From: an uncultured Granulosicoccus sp.
Lineage (GTDB): Bacteria > Planctomycetota > Planctomycetia > Pirellulales > Lacipirellulaceae
NCBI GenBank assembly: GCA_964195615.1
Contig: CAXMSB010000159.1
Coordinates: 1,747 to 65,746, forward strand
Direction of reading: 5' to 3'
Length of the DNA: 64,000 nucleotides
How positions within the stretch are numbered: position 1 is the stretch's first letter; every line of letters starts with the position of its first letter. The notes below the pieces were generated by a model. The model was given only the letters and a program-made list of their open reading frames with translations, did no database searches and was not told the DNA's origin. Below, in pieces: positions 18,639 through 28,599 of the stretch. The translations under genes and the position numbers were made by a program.

Positions 18639-19718
18639 ATGACAAGAAACTCATCCGAGATCTGGAGTTTGTGCATCGGCCGTTGGCGAGGCATTGAAGT
18701 GCGCCTGCACATCTTGCTGCCCGTGCTGGCGCTGGTGGGCCTGCTGTTGGCGACGCACACGAGCATCGCCACTCCCCGGTTGATTGCCTGGGCATTGGTG
18801 GTGTTGGTGGCGAGTGTGACCTGCCATGAAGTGGTGCGGGTGATTACGGCAGCGCGCGTGGGCGGCCATGCCGACGCGATCGTCCTCGGCCCGGTCGGCG
18901 GTTGGACCAGGTTGCATCTGCCGATCGATCCTCCCGCGCACATCGCGACCGCCCTGGCTGGCCCGACGACTTTTTTCGTGTTGATGGTGGTGGCTGGCTG
19001 CGGGTTGGCGTTGGCGGGCGACCAGCAAGTGTTGCAGCTGATGAACCTGTACAATCCCCAGATCGATCGGCTCTCGATGACGGGAGTCGACACGCTGGGC
19101 ACGACTGACTCGATCGTAAGGATCATCGGCCAACTGGTGGTCTGGATCAACTGTTGCCTGTTCTTGGTGAGCCTGATGCCCATCGATCCGTGCGCCGGCG
19201 CCCAGTTGATGCGGAGCGTACTCTGGCCGATTGTGGGTCGCTCGACGGCGACCTCGCTGACTTCGCTCGCCGCGTTGGGAGCCGCCGTGTTCGCGGTGAT
19301 GCTGGCGTTGGTGCTGCCGCACGATGTGCCTGGCGGCCACTTGCCGACTTGGTTCCCCCTGGCCCTGGCCGCGTTGTTCTTGCTCTACGGCGGCAGTCGC
19401 ACGTCGCACGAGCGCCGCTACGACGTCGGGCTGGCCATCGACGAGTTCAACTCGGACGACGAAGATTGGATCTCCGGCGATTGGGTCGAAGAAGATGATC
19501 GCGAAGCCGTGTTGGTCGAACACCTGCAGGACAAACAGCAGGAAGCGATCGATCGCAAACGGCGCGAACGCGAAGCCAGCGAAGACGCCCGCGTCGACGC
19601 CATCCTGGCTCGAATGCAAGACGTTGGCTTCGAGCAACTCTCCGACGAGGACCGGGCCGTCCTAAAGCGGGCCAGCCGCCGCTATCGCCGCCGCCGCACC
19701 GGCGAGCACGAGTCGTAG
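18639..19718 (+). CDS. Site-2 protease (M50)-like membrane protein with degenerate zinc motifs and C-terminal DUF6576-like tail
   Basis: VRLHI, HEVVR, LGPVGG, AGP, SLMPIDPCAG, VDAILARM...EQLS. Confidence 0.8.
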   Translation: MTRNSSEIWSLCIGRWRGIEVRLHILLPVLALVGLLLATHTSIATPRLIAWALVVLVASVTCHEVVRVITAARVGGHADAIVLGPVGGWTRLHLPIDPPAHIATALAGPTTFFVLMVVAGCGLALAGDQQVLQLMNLYNPQIDRLSMTGVDTLGTTDSIVRIIGQLVVWINCCLFLVSLMPIDPCAGAQLMRSVLWPIVGRSTATSLTSLAALGAAVFAVMLALVLPHDVPGGHLPTWFPLALAALFLLYGGSRTSHERRYDVGLAIDEFNSDDEDWISGDWVEEDDREAVLVEHLQDKQQEAIDRKRREREASEDARVDAILARMQDVGFEQLSDEDRAVLKRASRRYRRRRTGEHES

Positions 19719-19749
19719 CGAAACTTCAGCGCTGGATGGCCGCGTTGGG

Positions 19750-19823
19750 GTGCCACTGTCTGGCTTGCCCAGCAGTGGAACCCTGAACCCGCTTCGCACT
19801 GCTGGCAAGCCAGACAGTGGCAC
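19750..19823. repeat. REP-like doublet, family B
   Basis: Same arms as 17783-17858. Confidence 0.9.
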
Positions 19824-19843
19824 ACACTACAACTCCACATTGC

Positions 19844-21244
19844 TTACAGCTGCACGACTTCGCTCTGCGATGCCAGGCGCAATGCGGCCAAATACGGCAC
19901 CGGCTCGCTGCCCAGCGCGTTGAGCACCGTGCCGCCGGCGGTGAAGACGTGGGTGACCCAGGTGGGCTCTCCATACTTTTCCAGCGACTTGCCGCCTTCG
20001 CCGCCGCCGACGTAGACCTCCACGCCCGCGTCGGTCATCCGCTTCAACTGGTTTGTGAACCGCTTGGTGCCCGCTTCGAAACGGGGGTCTTCGAACATGC
20101 CGAACACGCCGTTGTGAAACGCTACGGCGCCGTCGGCTTGCTTGGCGAGAAACTCGCCGACCCGCTGTTCAAAAAGCTCGCTCGACTTGGGGCCGATGTC
20201 GAACTGCTGTTGGTTCGGCTGGAGCTGCTCGACGACCGAGCCGTCTTCGATCACCGAATCGATCGGCACGACAAATTCGATGCCTTTCTCGCGACCGTCG
20301 GCAACCATCGCTTTGGCCTGGGCGATTCGCTCGGGCGGAATGTAGTACGGCTTGTCGGCATGGTCGGGATCTTCGGCCAGGCCGAGACAGCAGGGCGTTC
20401 CGTCGAGCTCGCCGATCGCCTTCTTGAGGGCCATCGCCAACGATCCGGCGGCCAACACCTGACGAATCGTGCCGCGGCCGATCATCGCTTCCAGGTCGTC
20501 GAGCTTGTCGATCTTCAGCCCGCTGAAGACCACCAACTGCGTCGCCAGGCAGCGGCGCATCGGGCCGTCGAATTCGCTGGCTTCGTAGAGGCCCATGGCG
20601 ACGCGATCCATCGCCGCCGGAACGACGGTGCTCGAAGCATCGAGGCTGCCGGCCGACAGGGCCTCGTGGACGTAGACGCTGGCGATCTTCTCGGCGAACT
20701 CGTTGGCAAACTTGGCGAGCTTCTCGACCAACGGCGGCAGGTCGTCGGCCGACGCTTTCCACAGCACGCGTTCGATGTCGTAGCGGCGCGTGTTGTCGAG
20801 CACCAGGACGCTGCCGGGCGCTGCGGCGGCGATCTGTTCGCGCACGGCATCGGCGATGGTCATGCTCGACTCGTCAAGCCAATCGGAGAGCAAGGGTACC
20901 TCGCACTGCAAGAGTTCGCCGAGTCGGCTGGCTACCTTGTCGAGCGTGCCTTCCGGCTTGCGGCCGATGTGGCCGAAGACGATTTGCTTCCAGCCGCGCT
21001 CTTGGCCGAATTTTAGTGTTTCGACCATCGAGCGGAGTCGGATGTCGCCTTGGCCGATGCTGGCTCCCGGCTTGGCGTCGACGTCGCCCCGCACGGCGAC
21101 GGGTGTTCCCGACGGCACGTCGGCCAACGAATCGAGACAGGGCGCCGCGGCCAGATAGTCGACGAGTTCCAGCTCGGGAGCGGCCTGTCGCCCGGCGACA
21201 AGTGCTTGGCACCACTGGAGCATTTGATCGGTGGAAACGGTCAT
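19844..21244 (-). CDS. pgk: Phosphoglycerate kinase (divergent)
   Basis: VRGDVD, HIGR, LDNTR, GLKIDKL, DIGPKS, NGVFGMFE, GGGEG, TAGG. Confidence 0.85.
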   Translation of the reverse strand: MTVSTDQMLQWCQALVAGRQAAPELELVDYLAAAPCLDSLADVPSGTPVAVRGDVDAKPGASIGQGDIRLRSMVETLKFGQERGWKQIVFGHIGRKPEGTLDKVASRLGELLQCEVPLLSDWLDESSMTIADAVREQIAAAAPGSVLVLDNTRRYDIERVLWKASADDLPPLVEKLAKFANEFAEKIASVYVHEALSAGSLDASSTVVPAAMDRVAMGLYEASEFDGPMRRCLATQLVVFSGLKIDKLDDLEAMIGRGTIRQVLAAGSLAMALKKAIGELDGTPCCLGLAEDPDHADKPYYIPPERIAQAKAMVADGREKGIEFVVPIDSVIEDGSVVEQLQPNQQQFDIGPKSSELFEQRVGEFLAKQADGAVAFHNGVFGMFEDPRFEAGTKRFTNQLKRMTDAGVEVYVGGGEGGKSLEKYGEPTWVTHVFTAGGTVLNALGSEPVPYLAALRLASQSEVVQL

Positions 21245-21283
21245 GGGTTATTCCTCGGTTGGAGATTTTTCATTTGAATTGGG

Positions 21284-21405
21284 GGAATAGAACGCGGATT
21301 TGGCGGATCGTCGCCGATTTTTTCTATGGCTGTATGACACGTGAAGTCTTTTCCGTTCCTATCCGTGAAAATCAGCCTGATCGGCGTTTATCTGCGTTCT
21401 ATTCC
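21284..21405. repeat. Inverted-repeat (MITE/REP-like) element upstream of pgk
   Basis: GGAATAGAACGCGGA / TCTGCGTTCTATTCC, 14/15 complementary; overlaps the redoxin gene stop. Confidence 0.55.
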
Positions 21406-22857
21406 TGAAGTGCGCTGAAGGTTTGCGTTGCTTTCGAGTGATACGTCTTTGATCGTGGCGGCTTCTAGTTCTTGCTCGTATTCTTGGACGAGCCCGTCAT
21501 GCTTGGCGTGCGCCTCGGCGGCGAGGTCTCCGCCTTCGAGCAGTTTGTGTACCGCCTCGACCAACGGCTCGCCCCGCACGTGCATACCGGGTTGGTACAT
21601 TTGCAGTCGACCGTCGCGGCCGATGATGATCGTGTGAGGATAAGCCGAGATGCCGAGCTTCGTATAGCTAGTTTCCTGGAGGTCGCGCAAGAGTGGGATC
21701 GAACCGCCCCAGCTCTCGAATAGACGAGCAATCGTCTCGTTCGAATCGGCCGCCAGGTTCGCGTTGACCGCGTAGAAGAGGAAATCCTCGGAGTCTTTGA
21801 GCTCTTGATACACTTGGCTGAGCAGGGGCGTGTGTTGACGGCAAGGCGGGCAGGTCTTCGACCAGAACTCCATGAGAACCAATTTACCGGCGAGCGTGGC
21901 GGGCGTGACCTCTTCTCCCTCGAGCGTCGTGAACGAAAACGGGGCAACCGGCTGTCCCAGGATCGCTGGCGGCGCCGGCGGCGGTGGGAAGACAAGCTTT
22001 CGCACGCGGCGCGCCCCTTCCGGCATTACATGGGTGAACGCGGCATCGTCGATCTCGGCGCCAAGAGCCGGATCCAAATAATCGATCCAGACCGAGTAGT
22101 GGCTAAACTCGTCGCGAGGATCAAGGGAAGAAAGTTGGGCTTCGGTCGGCAACTTCATCCGCCGCAGGGCGTGGGTCTCGACGTCGATCCACAGCACCCG
22201 CCGGCCCTCGGTGCTATCCAAGGCCACCCGATGGCAGTCGTGGCCGTGCAGCTTCTCTTGACCCAGCAGGTGGGGATTGCCATCGTCGGGAAACGGCGAC
22301 GCGGCGTCGCCCGAGGCGAGCAGCATCGGCAGTTGCGGATAGATGTTTTCCACCGAAACCCTCAGCACGGTGTCGCGCATGTGGGGTTCCGGGATAAAAT
22401 TCTCCGGCGTGAGGGTCTCCGGCGCGTCGACCTCGTGTACTTGCTCGGGCAACTCGCCGGCCCGAGAGCGAACCACTTCGCCGTTGGAAACCACGTCGAT
22501 ACTCAGATTCCGACGCGAGGGGGGAACCATTCGCTGGTGGTGGAAGCGAATCTTGTTCGGTCGCTCCAAAGCCAGCGAGAGATCAAAGAGGATGTCTTGA
22601 CGCTTCACGCCCTCCGCCCGCCGGACGACTTCCAGGACGTAGTTGGCATGATCGGAGTAGCGATCGGTCTGGCGATAAGCGGCGACCATCTGCTGGAGCA
22701 CTTCGGAGGCCGTTTGCCCCGTGGCGGTCCGCTCCAGGGGCGGCGGGGTTGCCGGCCCGCCCTGGCTGCAGCCAAGACTCCCCAGGGCAAGCACGCCGAG
22801 CAGTCCCAGGGCCCGGCCTGGCCAGCGCGATGAGGAAGATGTTCGGCAGAAGGCCAT
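21388..22857 (-). CDS. Lipoprotein with LolA-like domain and TlpA redoxin domain
   Basis: LGSLGC lipobox-like; LERPNKIR; EFWSKTCPPC; ISAYPHTIIIGRDG. Confidence 0.8.
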   Translation of the reverse strand: MAFCRTSSSSRWPGRALGLLGVLALGSLGCSQGGPATPPPLERTATGQTASEVLQQMVAAYRQTDRYSDHANYVLEVVRRAEGVKRQDILFDLSLALERPNKIRFHHQRMVPPSRRNLSIDVVSNGEVVRSRAGELPEQVHEVDAPETLTPENFIPEPHMRDTVLRVSVENIYPQLPMLLASGDAASPFPDDGNPHLLGQEKLHGHDCHRVALDSTEGRRVLWIDVETHALRRMKLPTEAQLSSLDPRDEFSHYSVWIDYLDPALGAEIDDAAFTHVMPEGARRVRKLVFPPPPAPPAILGQPVAPFSFTTLEGEEVTPATLAGKLVLMEFWSKTCPPCRQHTPLLSQVYQELKDSEDFLFYAVNANLAADSNETIARLFESWGGSIPLLRDLQETSYTKLGISAYPHTIIIGRDGRLQMYQPGMHVRGEPLVEAVHKLLEGGDLAAEAHAKHDGLVQEYEQELEAATIKDVSLESNANLQRTSGIERR

Positions 22858-23041
22858 GGCGGAAACCTGCAGGGCGGATTACGGGGGGGCTCGATTTGGC
22901 ACGACCGCAGAGGCCCTTGACCAACTCGGCCTTCAGTGCGCCAATGAACTCTTCAAAATACCACATGCTCCATTGCACAGCAAAGGGTGCATCCGTTCTG
23001 TGCTTTCTCTAACAGAGGGGCCGTTGCTGGACCCCAAAAAC

Positions 23042-24223
23042 ATGGTCGCCACAATTCAATTCGGCAACGAAGTCGCGCACGTACGTCCGGCCTCGCATGA
23101 ATCTGTCTCCCCGGAGCAGCTAGCGGAGCACCTGCGGGCGGCGCTCGAACAGCCTCTTGGCTATCCATCGCTGAGCGAGGCCACCGTGCCGGGTGACGAA
23201 GTGGTCGTCGCTCTCGAGCATGGCTTGCCGTTGGTGCCTCAGATACTGACGGGCACCAGTGCGGCGCTCCGCGATGCGGGCATCGAGCCGTCGCAAACGA
23301 CCTTTTTGTTTTCCCGAGAGCCAACACAATCGGGCGACGAACTCGACCAATGGGCCCCCGAGAGCGGCGTTCGGCTGGAGCGCCACAATCCGGCCGAGGC
23401 CGACGACTGCGCGTATGTCGGAGTCACCCAATCGGGCCAGGCCTTGCGCATGAACCGCCAGCTGAGCAACGCGGACATCGTGCTGCCCGTCGGGCTCACG
23501 TCGGTCGCGCTCGATGCGCAGCAGTGCGACACGTACTGCGGGTTGTTTCCCCATTACTGCGATCAGGAAACGATCGCCCGCTACCACGACTGCAAGAAAG
23601 CCGACACCGTCAAGCAGCGTCAGCATCGGCGTCGTGAGATCGACGAGTCGGGTTGGCTTCTGGGCGTGGGGCTGACGGTGCAAGTGGTTCCGGGATCGGG
23701 CGGGACGGTGGCTGCCGTGTTGGCCGGCGAGCCGACTGCCGTGGCCCAGGCGGCAACAGAAAAGTATCGCGAGGTGTGGAGTCGAGAGGTCGCAACGCGC
23801 GGCGATCTGGTAATCGCCACAATTACCGGTTCGACGGGCGAACAGTCGTGGGACGATCTGGCACGGGCCTTGGCGGCAGCCGAGAGTGTGCTGGAGAAGG
23901 GCGGTGCGATTGCGATTTGCTCGGAACTTGCCGAAGCGCCGGGACCTTCGCTCGGTCGACTCGCCGGAAGCAGTAATTTCGCCGAACTCGAACGAACGCT
24001 GCGCAGCGACAAATTTGCCGACACCCGCACGGCGCTGCACTTCTGTCGGGCGTTGGAGCGGGGCCCGGTTTATTTGCACAGCCAGCTCGATGCCGACCTT
24101 GTGGAGAATCTGGGTCTGGCCCCGATCGGCTCCGACGCGGAGCTGTCGCGGCTGGCCGAGTCGTACCAACGCCCCGTCGTGTTGGAAGACGCCCATCGGC
24201 TGTTGCCCAGGTTGAGTGAATAG
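23042..24223 (+). CDS. Lactate racemase (LarA)/DUF2088-domain protein
   Basis: ALEQPLGYPSL, VPGDEVVVAL, ERHNP, NRQLSNADIVLPVG. Confidence 0.75.
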   Translation: MVATIQFGNEVAHVRPASHESVSPEQLAEHLRAALEQPLGYPSLSEATVPGDEVVVALEHGLPLVPQILTGTSAALRDAGIEPSQTTFLFSREPTQSGDELDQWAPESGVRLERHNPAEADDCAYVGVTQSGQALRMNRQLSNADIVLPVGLTSVALDAQQCDTYCGLFPHYCDQETIARYHDCKKADTVKQRQHRRREIDESGWLLGVGLTVQVVPGSGGTVAAVLAGEPTAVAQAATEKYREVWSREVATRGDLVIATITGSTGEQSWDDLARALAAAESVLEKGGAIAICSELAEAPGPSLGRLAGSSNFAELERTLRSDKFADTRTALHFCRALERGPVYLHSQLDADLVENLGLAPIGSDAELSRLAESYQRPVVLEDAHRLLPRLSE

Positions 24224-24246
24224 TTCCTCCAGTGAACGGCCCTGCG

Positions 24247-25230
24247 ATGACCGCCCCCGACGACTATTCATTTCTTGACCAATATGATGCCTTGCTCAAT
24301 CGGTGCGGCTACGTGGCCCTCGAAAATTGGTCGGTCGTTGCCCTAACCGGCACCGATCGCCAGAATTTTCTGCACAACATGTGTACCAACGAGATCAGCA
24401 AGCTCGCGGCAGGCGAAGGATGCGAAGCGTTTTTCACGGACGTAAAAGGAAGGATCGTGGCTCACGCGTGGGTATTGCTGCGGGAAGATCGCATCACGCT
24501 GCTGGCCGTTCCCGAGCAAGCCGAGCTGATCGTCAGCCACTTGGATCGCTACATCATTCGCGAAGACGTGCAGCTTGCCGACCGGTCGCAAGCCGAGGTG
24601 TGGACGGTGGTCGCGGGGGCGCAAGCGGGCGCGGTGCTCAGCGATCATTGCGAACAGTTGACCAAGCCGTGGCAGAACGCGGCGTACCAATTGGGTGGCG
24701 TGAAGTGTCTGCTGGTGCGATTTGATCTGCCGGGGCGAATCGCATTTTTGTTGGGCACTTCCCGCGACCAAGCCGCCGCGCTTCATCAGCAGTTGGAGGC
24801 GGCGGGCACGATCGCCTGCGGCCAGCGGGCTTGGGATGCCCTGCGAGTCGAAACGGGCTGGCCGCTATTCGGCATCGACTTCGATCACTCGCACCTACCC
24901 CAAGAAGTGGCACGCAACGCCCAGGCGATTAGTTTCACGAAGGGCTGTTATCTCGGGCAGGAAACCGTGGCACGGATCGACGCCCTGGGGCACGTCAACC
25001 GACAGTTGACTACGCTCCGCTTTGCCGAAGGCGCGGCACCCGAGCCGGGCACCACGCTCACGCAGCAAGATCAACAGGTCGGCGTAGCCACCACCGTCGG
25101 ACAATCGCCCCGCGCCGGCGCCTCGCTGGCACTGGCCATGGTGCGACGCGGCTCGAACGAAGTCGGCACGACGCTCGATTCAGAAGTCGGCCCCGTCGAA
25201 GTCATCGCCACGCCAGCGTTCGCTCCGTGA
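24247..25230 (+). CDS. ygfZ: YgfZ/GcvT folate-binding protein
   Basis: TGTDRQNFLHNMCTN; KGCYLGQETVARI. Confidence 0.92.
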   Translation: MTAPDDYSFLDQYDALLNRCGYVALENWSVVALTGTDRQNFLHNMCTNEISKLAAGEGCEAFFTDVKGRIVAHAWVLLREDRITLLAVPEQAELIVSHLDRYIIREDVQLADRSQAEVWTVVAGAQAGAVLSDHCEQLTKPWQNAAYQLGGVKCLLVRFDLPGRIAFLLGTSRDQAAALHQQLEAAGTIACGQRAWDALRVETGWPLFGIDFDHSHLPQEVARNAQAISFTKGCYLGQETVARIDALGHVNRQLTTLRFAEGAAPEPGTTLTQQDQQVGVATTVGQSPRAGASLALAMVRRGSNEVGTTLDSEVGPVEVIATPAFAP

Positions 25231-25315
25231 CCTCACGGACATCTTGTGCCATGCACTGCCCCAGGCACAGGGACAAAACTAGGGCTTTGTCATTGCTAGG
25301 AACTAGGACGAGAGG

Positions 25316-26449
25316 CTAGGTGCGCAGCGAATGGCTCATGGCCACGGCGATGGGCAGGAAGATGAGAATCGGCAGCCAGGCGGCGAGCGTCGGGCGGAGC
25401 AGATTCAACCCCCCCAGCGATTGACAGGCCAACGTCGCCAGAGAGAACGCCACCGCCACCAGCAGACAGATGCCAAACGACAGGAACAGGTTGCGATTGC
25501 GGCGAGAAAACATCAGCGGCAGCCCCAGCATCAACAGCGTGCCATCCATCAGCGGCTGCATCAGCCGCGAGTGGACGGCCACGCGGACGTCGGCCCCCAG
25601 TTCGGTGCTGGGACTTCCCAATTCGGCGATCAGCTCGCCCGTCGAGGCATAGTTTCGCCAGGCAGAGCCGCTGGCCAGAAGTTGAAAGCGAACTTGCGAC
25701 ACGACGAACGCCTGTCCCGGCTCGAGCCAACTGGCGTCCCGGGGCGTGATGACAACCGGCTCGCCTTCAAGCGTGAGCGAAGCAAGGCGATCGATCTTGC
25801 GCGGCACCGTCACACCGTCGAGCAGGTAGCCGCTCGGATGCTCGCTCGTCGCCGCCAGGCAGTAGGCGTTTGCCGCGACGAGTTGCGTACCATAGCGAGT
25901 GAGTGTCGAGGGCAGGACGAAGGTCGGTTTGATAATCCGCTGTTCGGCAGCCACCGTCTTCTCGCCGCCGATGAGAATATCAGTGCGGCCATCGTAACGG
26001 GCCTCCAGGTCCCGCGACTGATTGCCGCCTAGGTTCTTCGTGTCGCGCATGAGCTCAGCACGGACGCTGGGAATGACAAACTCACGATTGGCAACGCCGA
26101 GCAAGCTGACCACGACCGCCGAAATCAACAACGGCTTAATGACGCGAAACTTGGAGATTCCGGCCGCCAACATCGCGGTGAGCTCTTGGTGCCGTTCGAG
26201 CCAAGTCACCGTAAACATGGCCGCGATCATCGCCAGCATGCCGCTGGTGCGGTCGAAGAAACCGAGCGAACGATAGCCGTAGTACTGGACAATGGTGCCC
26301 AACAGATTGCCATGCTCGGCCGCGTGGGCGGAGAAATGGTCCAGGTGGCCAAAGACGTCGATCACCACATAAAGCCCGGTGAGGCTCAGAAAGCAAATCA
26401 CGAAGATCTGCACAAACTGCCTCAGCAGGTAGCGATCGAGAATCATCAT
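25316..26449 (-). CDS. lptG: LptF/LptG family LPS export permease
   Basis: ILDRYLLRQF, ELTAMLAAGIS, six-TM layout, LAAWLP. Confidence 0.85.
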   Translation of the reverse strand: MMILDRYLLRQFVQIFVICFLSLTGLYVVIDVFGHLDHFSAHAAEHGNLLGTIVQYYGYRSLGFFDRTSGMLAMIAAMFTVTWLERHQELTAMLAAGISKFRVIKPLLISAVVVSLLGVANREFVIPSVRAELMRDTKNLGGNQSRDLEARYDGRTDILIGGEKTVAAEQRIIKPTFVLPSTLTRYGTQLVAANAYCLAATSEHPSGYLLDGVTVPRKIDRLASLTLEGEPVVITPRDASWLEPGQAFVVSQVRFQLLASGSAWRNYASTGELIAELGSPSTELGADVRVAVHSRLMQPLMDGTLLMLGLPLMFSRRNRNLFLSFGICLLVAVAFSLATLACQSLGGLNLLRPTLAAWLPILIFLPIAVAMSHSLRT

Positions 26450-26580
26450 CGGGCACTTTTACCGGCGGGGGAGGCTCGGCGAAGGGAAGCGGCGCGTAGC
26501 AGGATGCGGGGAGAGTACCGCACGGCAATTGCTAGCGTCAAGAGAGACGGCTCGCGATCCAGATTCACGGTGCAGTGCTC

Positions 26581-26649
26581 TGTGGGAGGCGTCTCCGACG
26601 GCGACAGTCCCAATCCAAGCTCATATCGCCGTCGGAGACGCCTCCTACA
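26581..26649. repeat. REP doublet, family A, at left island boundary
   Basis: TGTGGGAGGCGTCTCCGACGGCGA / TCGCCGTCGGAGACGCCTCCTACA. Confidence 0.92.
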
Positions 26650-26923
26650 TGGCACTACCCTTCCTTCCTAGATTGAAAATGAAAGACCCTGGCGTCCGCA
26701 AGGTTCTCAGAGAGACGATTGGTAGCGGTGCTGGCAGACGATATCCAAGCCGACCTTCTTGTCTCCCCTTGGAGGGGACGTACTGGGTCTCCCCTGATTT
26801 TCTTTCTTCCTGTATTTCCATGCGTCCAAACTTGTAACGGTATCCCCCTCATTCCAACGACTTGTCGTTGGCTCAGGAACCCTTGACGCTCTAGATATTC
26901 GACAAGGAATTCGTTAACCCCAA

Positions 26924-26952
26924 GTCGCCGGGCAACCCCCGGCGGCTTTTTT
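26924..26952 (+). terminator. Rho-independent terminator
   Basis: GTCGCCGGG-CAACC-CCCGGCGGC-TTTTTT. Confidence 0.7.
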
Positions 26953-26968
26953 CGTGTGCCCTATGGGC

Positions 26969-27243
26969 ATTGCCGCTGGCCGTGTTGCCGATGAGTGTGT
27001 TGTTGTCATTGTCGGAGTCGAGGAAGAAGCCGATGTGGTTATTGCCACTGGCTGTATTGCCCTTGAGCGTGTTGCCGTTGCCGCCCAAGAGGAAGCTAAA
27101 TCCGTCGAAGTTGTTGTCGCTGGCCGTGTTGCCGGTGAGCGTGTTGCCGTCGCTGCCGAAGACGAAGGTGAACCCATCGCCACCATTGTTACCGCTGGCC
27201 GTGTTGCGGATAAGCGTATTGGTGTCGCTGGCGGCGACCCCAA
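26969..27243 (-). pseudogene. Fragment of right-handed parallel beta-helix (NosD-like) repeat protein
   Basis: Four ~23-aa repeats: NTLIRNTASGN, NTLTGNTASDN, NTLKGNTASGN, NTLIGNTASGN; no start. Confidence 0.85.
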
Positions 27244-27810
27244 TGCGAGCGCCGTCACACTTACTTCAGGAGTTGCCGACTACTCAGCGGCTGTGTTTTC
27301 CGGATTTGATATCTACATGAACAGCTACAGCGAGATATCGTGGCACCTCGGTGAGTGGAAGGGGATACTGGCCCATGAAATCGGTCATGCCATTGGCCTC
27401 ACTGATGTGGGTCAATACGTGGAGCCCGACGACCCAACTCTCAGTCAATTCTACGACGACAACTACGACGATACGAGCAGCGCTACAGCACTGGCCACGC
27501 TCAGCAATTCGTTCGCGGACGTCATCGACCCGTTCGACCCAGACAACTCGCCCGCCCTGATGCTCCACAATGTCTGCGAGTTGACAACTCCCGGTGATCC
27601 TGATTCGTGCTTTGGCGATCCGGGCAGCGACACGCCAGGTGTCGATATCTTCATGGGCTTCGGTGGATCCAGTAGCAGTCCCCAAAACGACGACTTTGCC
27701 GGACGACAGCTTTTGTATCCGTATGTAGTTCCCGAGCCGACGTCGTTAGCCATGCTTCTCCTTGGGTTGGCAAGTTTGGTCCAAACGCGGCGGCGAAAGA
27801 GAACGACTCC
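27244..27810 (+). pseudogene. C-terminal fragment of a metzincin-like PEP-CTERM protein
   Basis: HEIGHAIGLTD (27374-); VPEPTSLAMLLLGL...RRRKR (27728-); N-terminus absent and no stop after the sorting signal. Confidence 0.8.
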
Positions 27811-27839
27811 TCGGTTGGGCAAAACTCGAAGTGCCGATG

Positions 27840-28305
27840 GGACGAATTATCAGCTGGAAAACGTCTGGCCGTCGCCCTCAGACAGGGTAAGAGCGGAGGC
27901 CGTCGACTTCTGGCTAGCTGAGTCAGCGCTGCCAGATCGATGCGTTGCCCAACAGCGAGCTCACCAATTGCTGATTGTCGCCAGAGATGAAAGCGGCAAG
28001 GTGGCCGGAGTCAGCACGGCGGTGCCAACATTCGTCCCACAACTCGGATTCGAATGCTTTTACTATCGCACCTTTATTGGTCAGGCGCACCGAGCACAAG
28101 GTCTGCGGAGCAGGCAACTATTCTGGCGAATCATGCGGGAATCGTACCACGTACTCAATACACGTTTTCGTCAGGGCTGCGACTCACACGTACTGGGCTG
28201 CTATGGCGAAATTGAGAGTTCCTCAATCATGCGATCGCAGAACAAATTGGTTTGGCAACACAACGGAATGAACGCCGTCTACATGGGTCGCACGCAAGAC
28301 GGAAG
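27840..28305 (+). pseudogene. Fragment of an unrelated cytoplasmic hypothetical protein, fused in frame
   Basis: Globular-looking segment QLENVW...AVDFW...VAGVSTA...YYRTFI after the PEP-CTERM tail. Confidence 0.5.
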
Positions 28306-28438
28306 GCACACCGTCCGGGCCCGCTGGTGTGCTGATGGCCGTATTGAATGCGACAAGCTCCCTGGCACCCGCGAATGGCGAATCCCGGGATCCGAATATC
28401 GCCGACTACGCGACGGTGGCAAAGCAAGACCTGCCTGA
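28306..28438 (+). pseudogene. C-terminal remnant of an excisionase-like HTH protein
   Basis: TVRARWCADGRIECDKLPGTREWRIPGSEYRRLRDGG resembles TVRxWCxxGRI...WRI..E..RL HTH tails. Confidence 0.55.
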
Positions 28439-28579
28439 TAGACTGGCAAGTGATCGATTAACGTAAGTGCATCGTCATGACATTCCCCTGACACCGAACA
28501 AGGGACAAATAAGGGACACGCGAAGCAGCAAGCTTCAGGCCAAGCAAGGGTAAGAATGTAATACCCCTGCTTTCTTCAG

Positions 28580-28599
28580 TAGCCGAGGCGGGACTCGAA
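28580..28599 (-). other. tRNA 3'-end remnant (T-arm plus acceptor strand, Leu-like), probable att core
   Basis: Minus strand TTCGAGT-CCCGC-CTCGGCT-A; similarity ends after TTCGA. Confidence 0.6.

Noticed and set aside
26655-26852. Small ORFs near the left island edge, possible transposase remnant
   Set aside because: No recognisable motif in any frame.
26954-27243. Val/Ala-rich N-terminus of the 494-aa ORF as a real repeat domain
   Set aside because: It is the reverse complement of the beta-helix repeat fragment.
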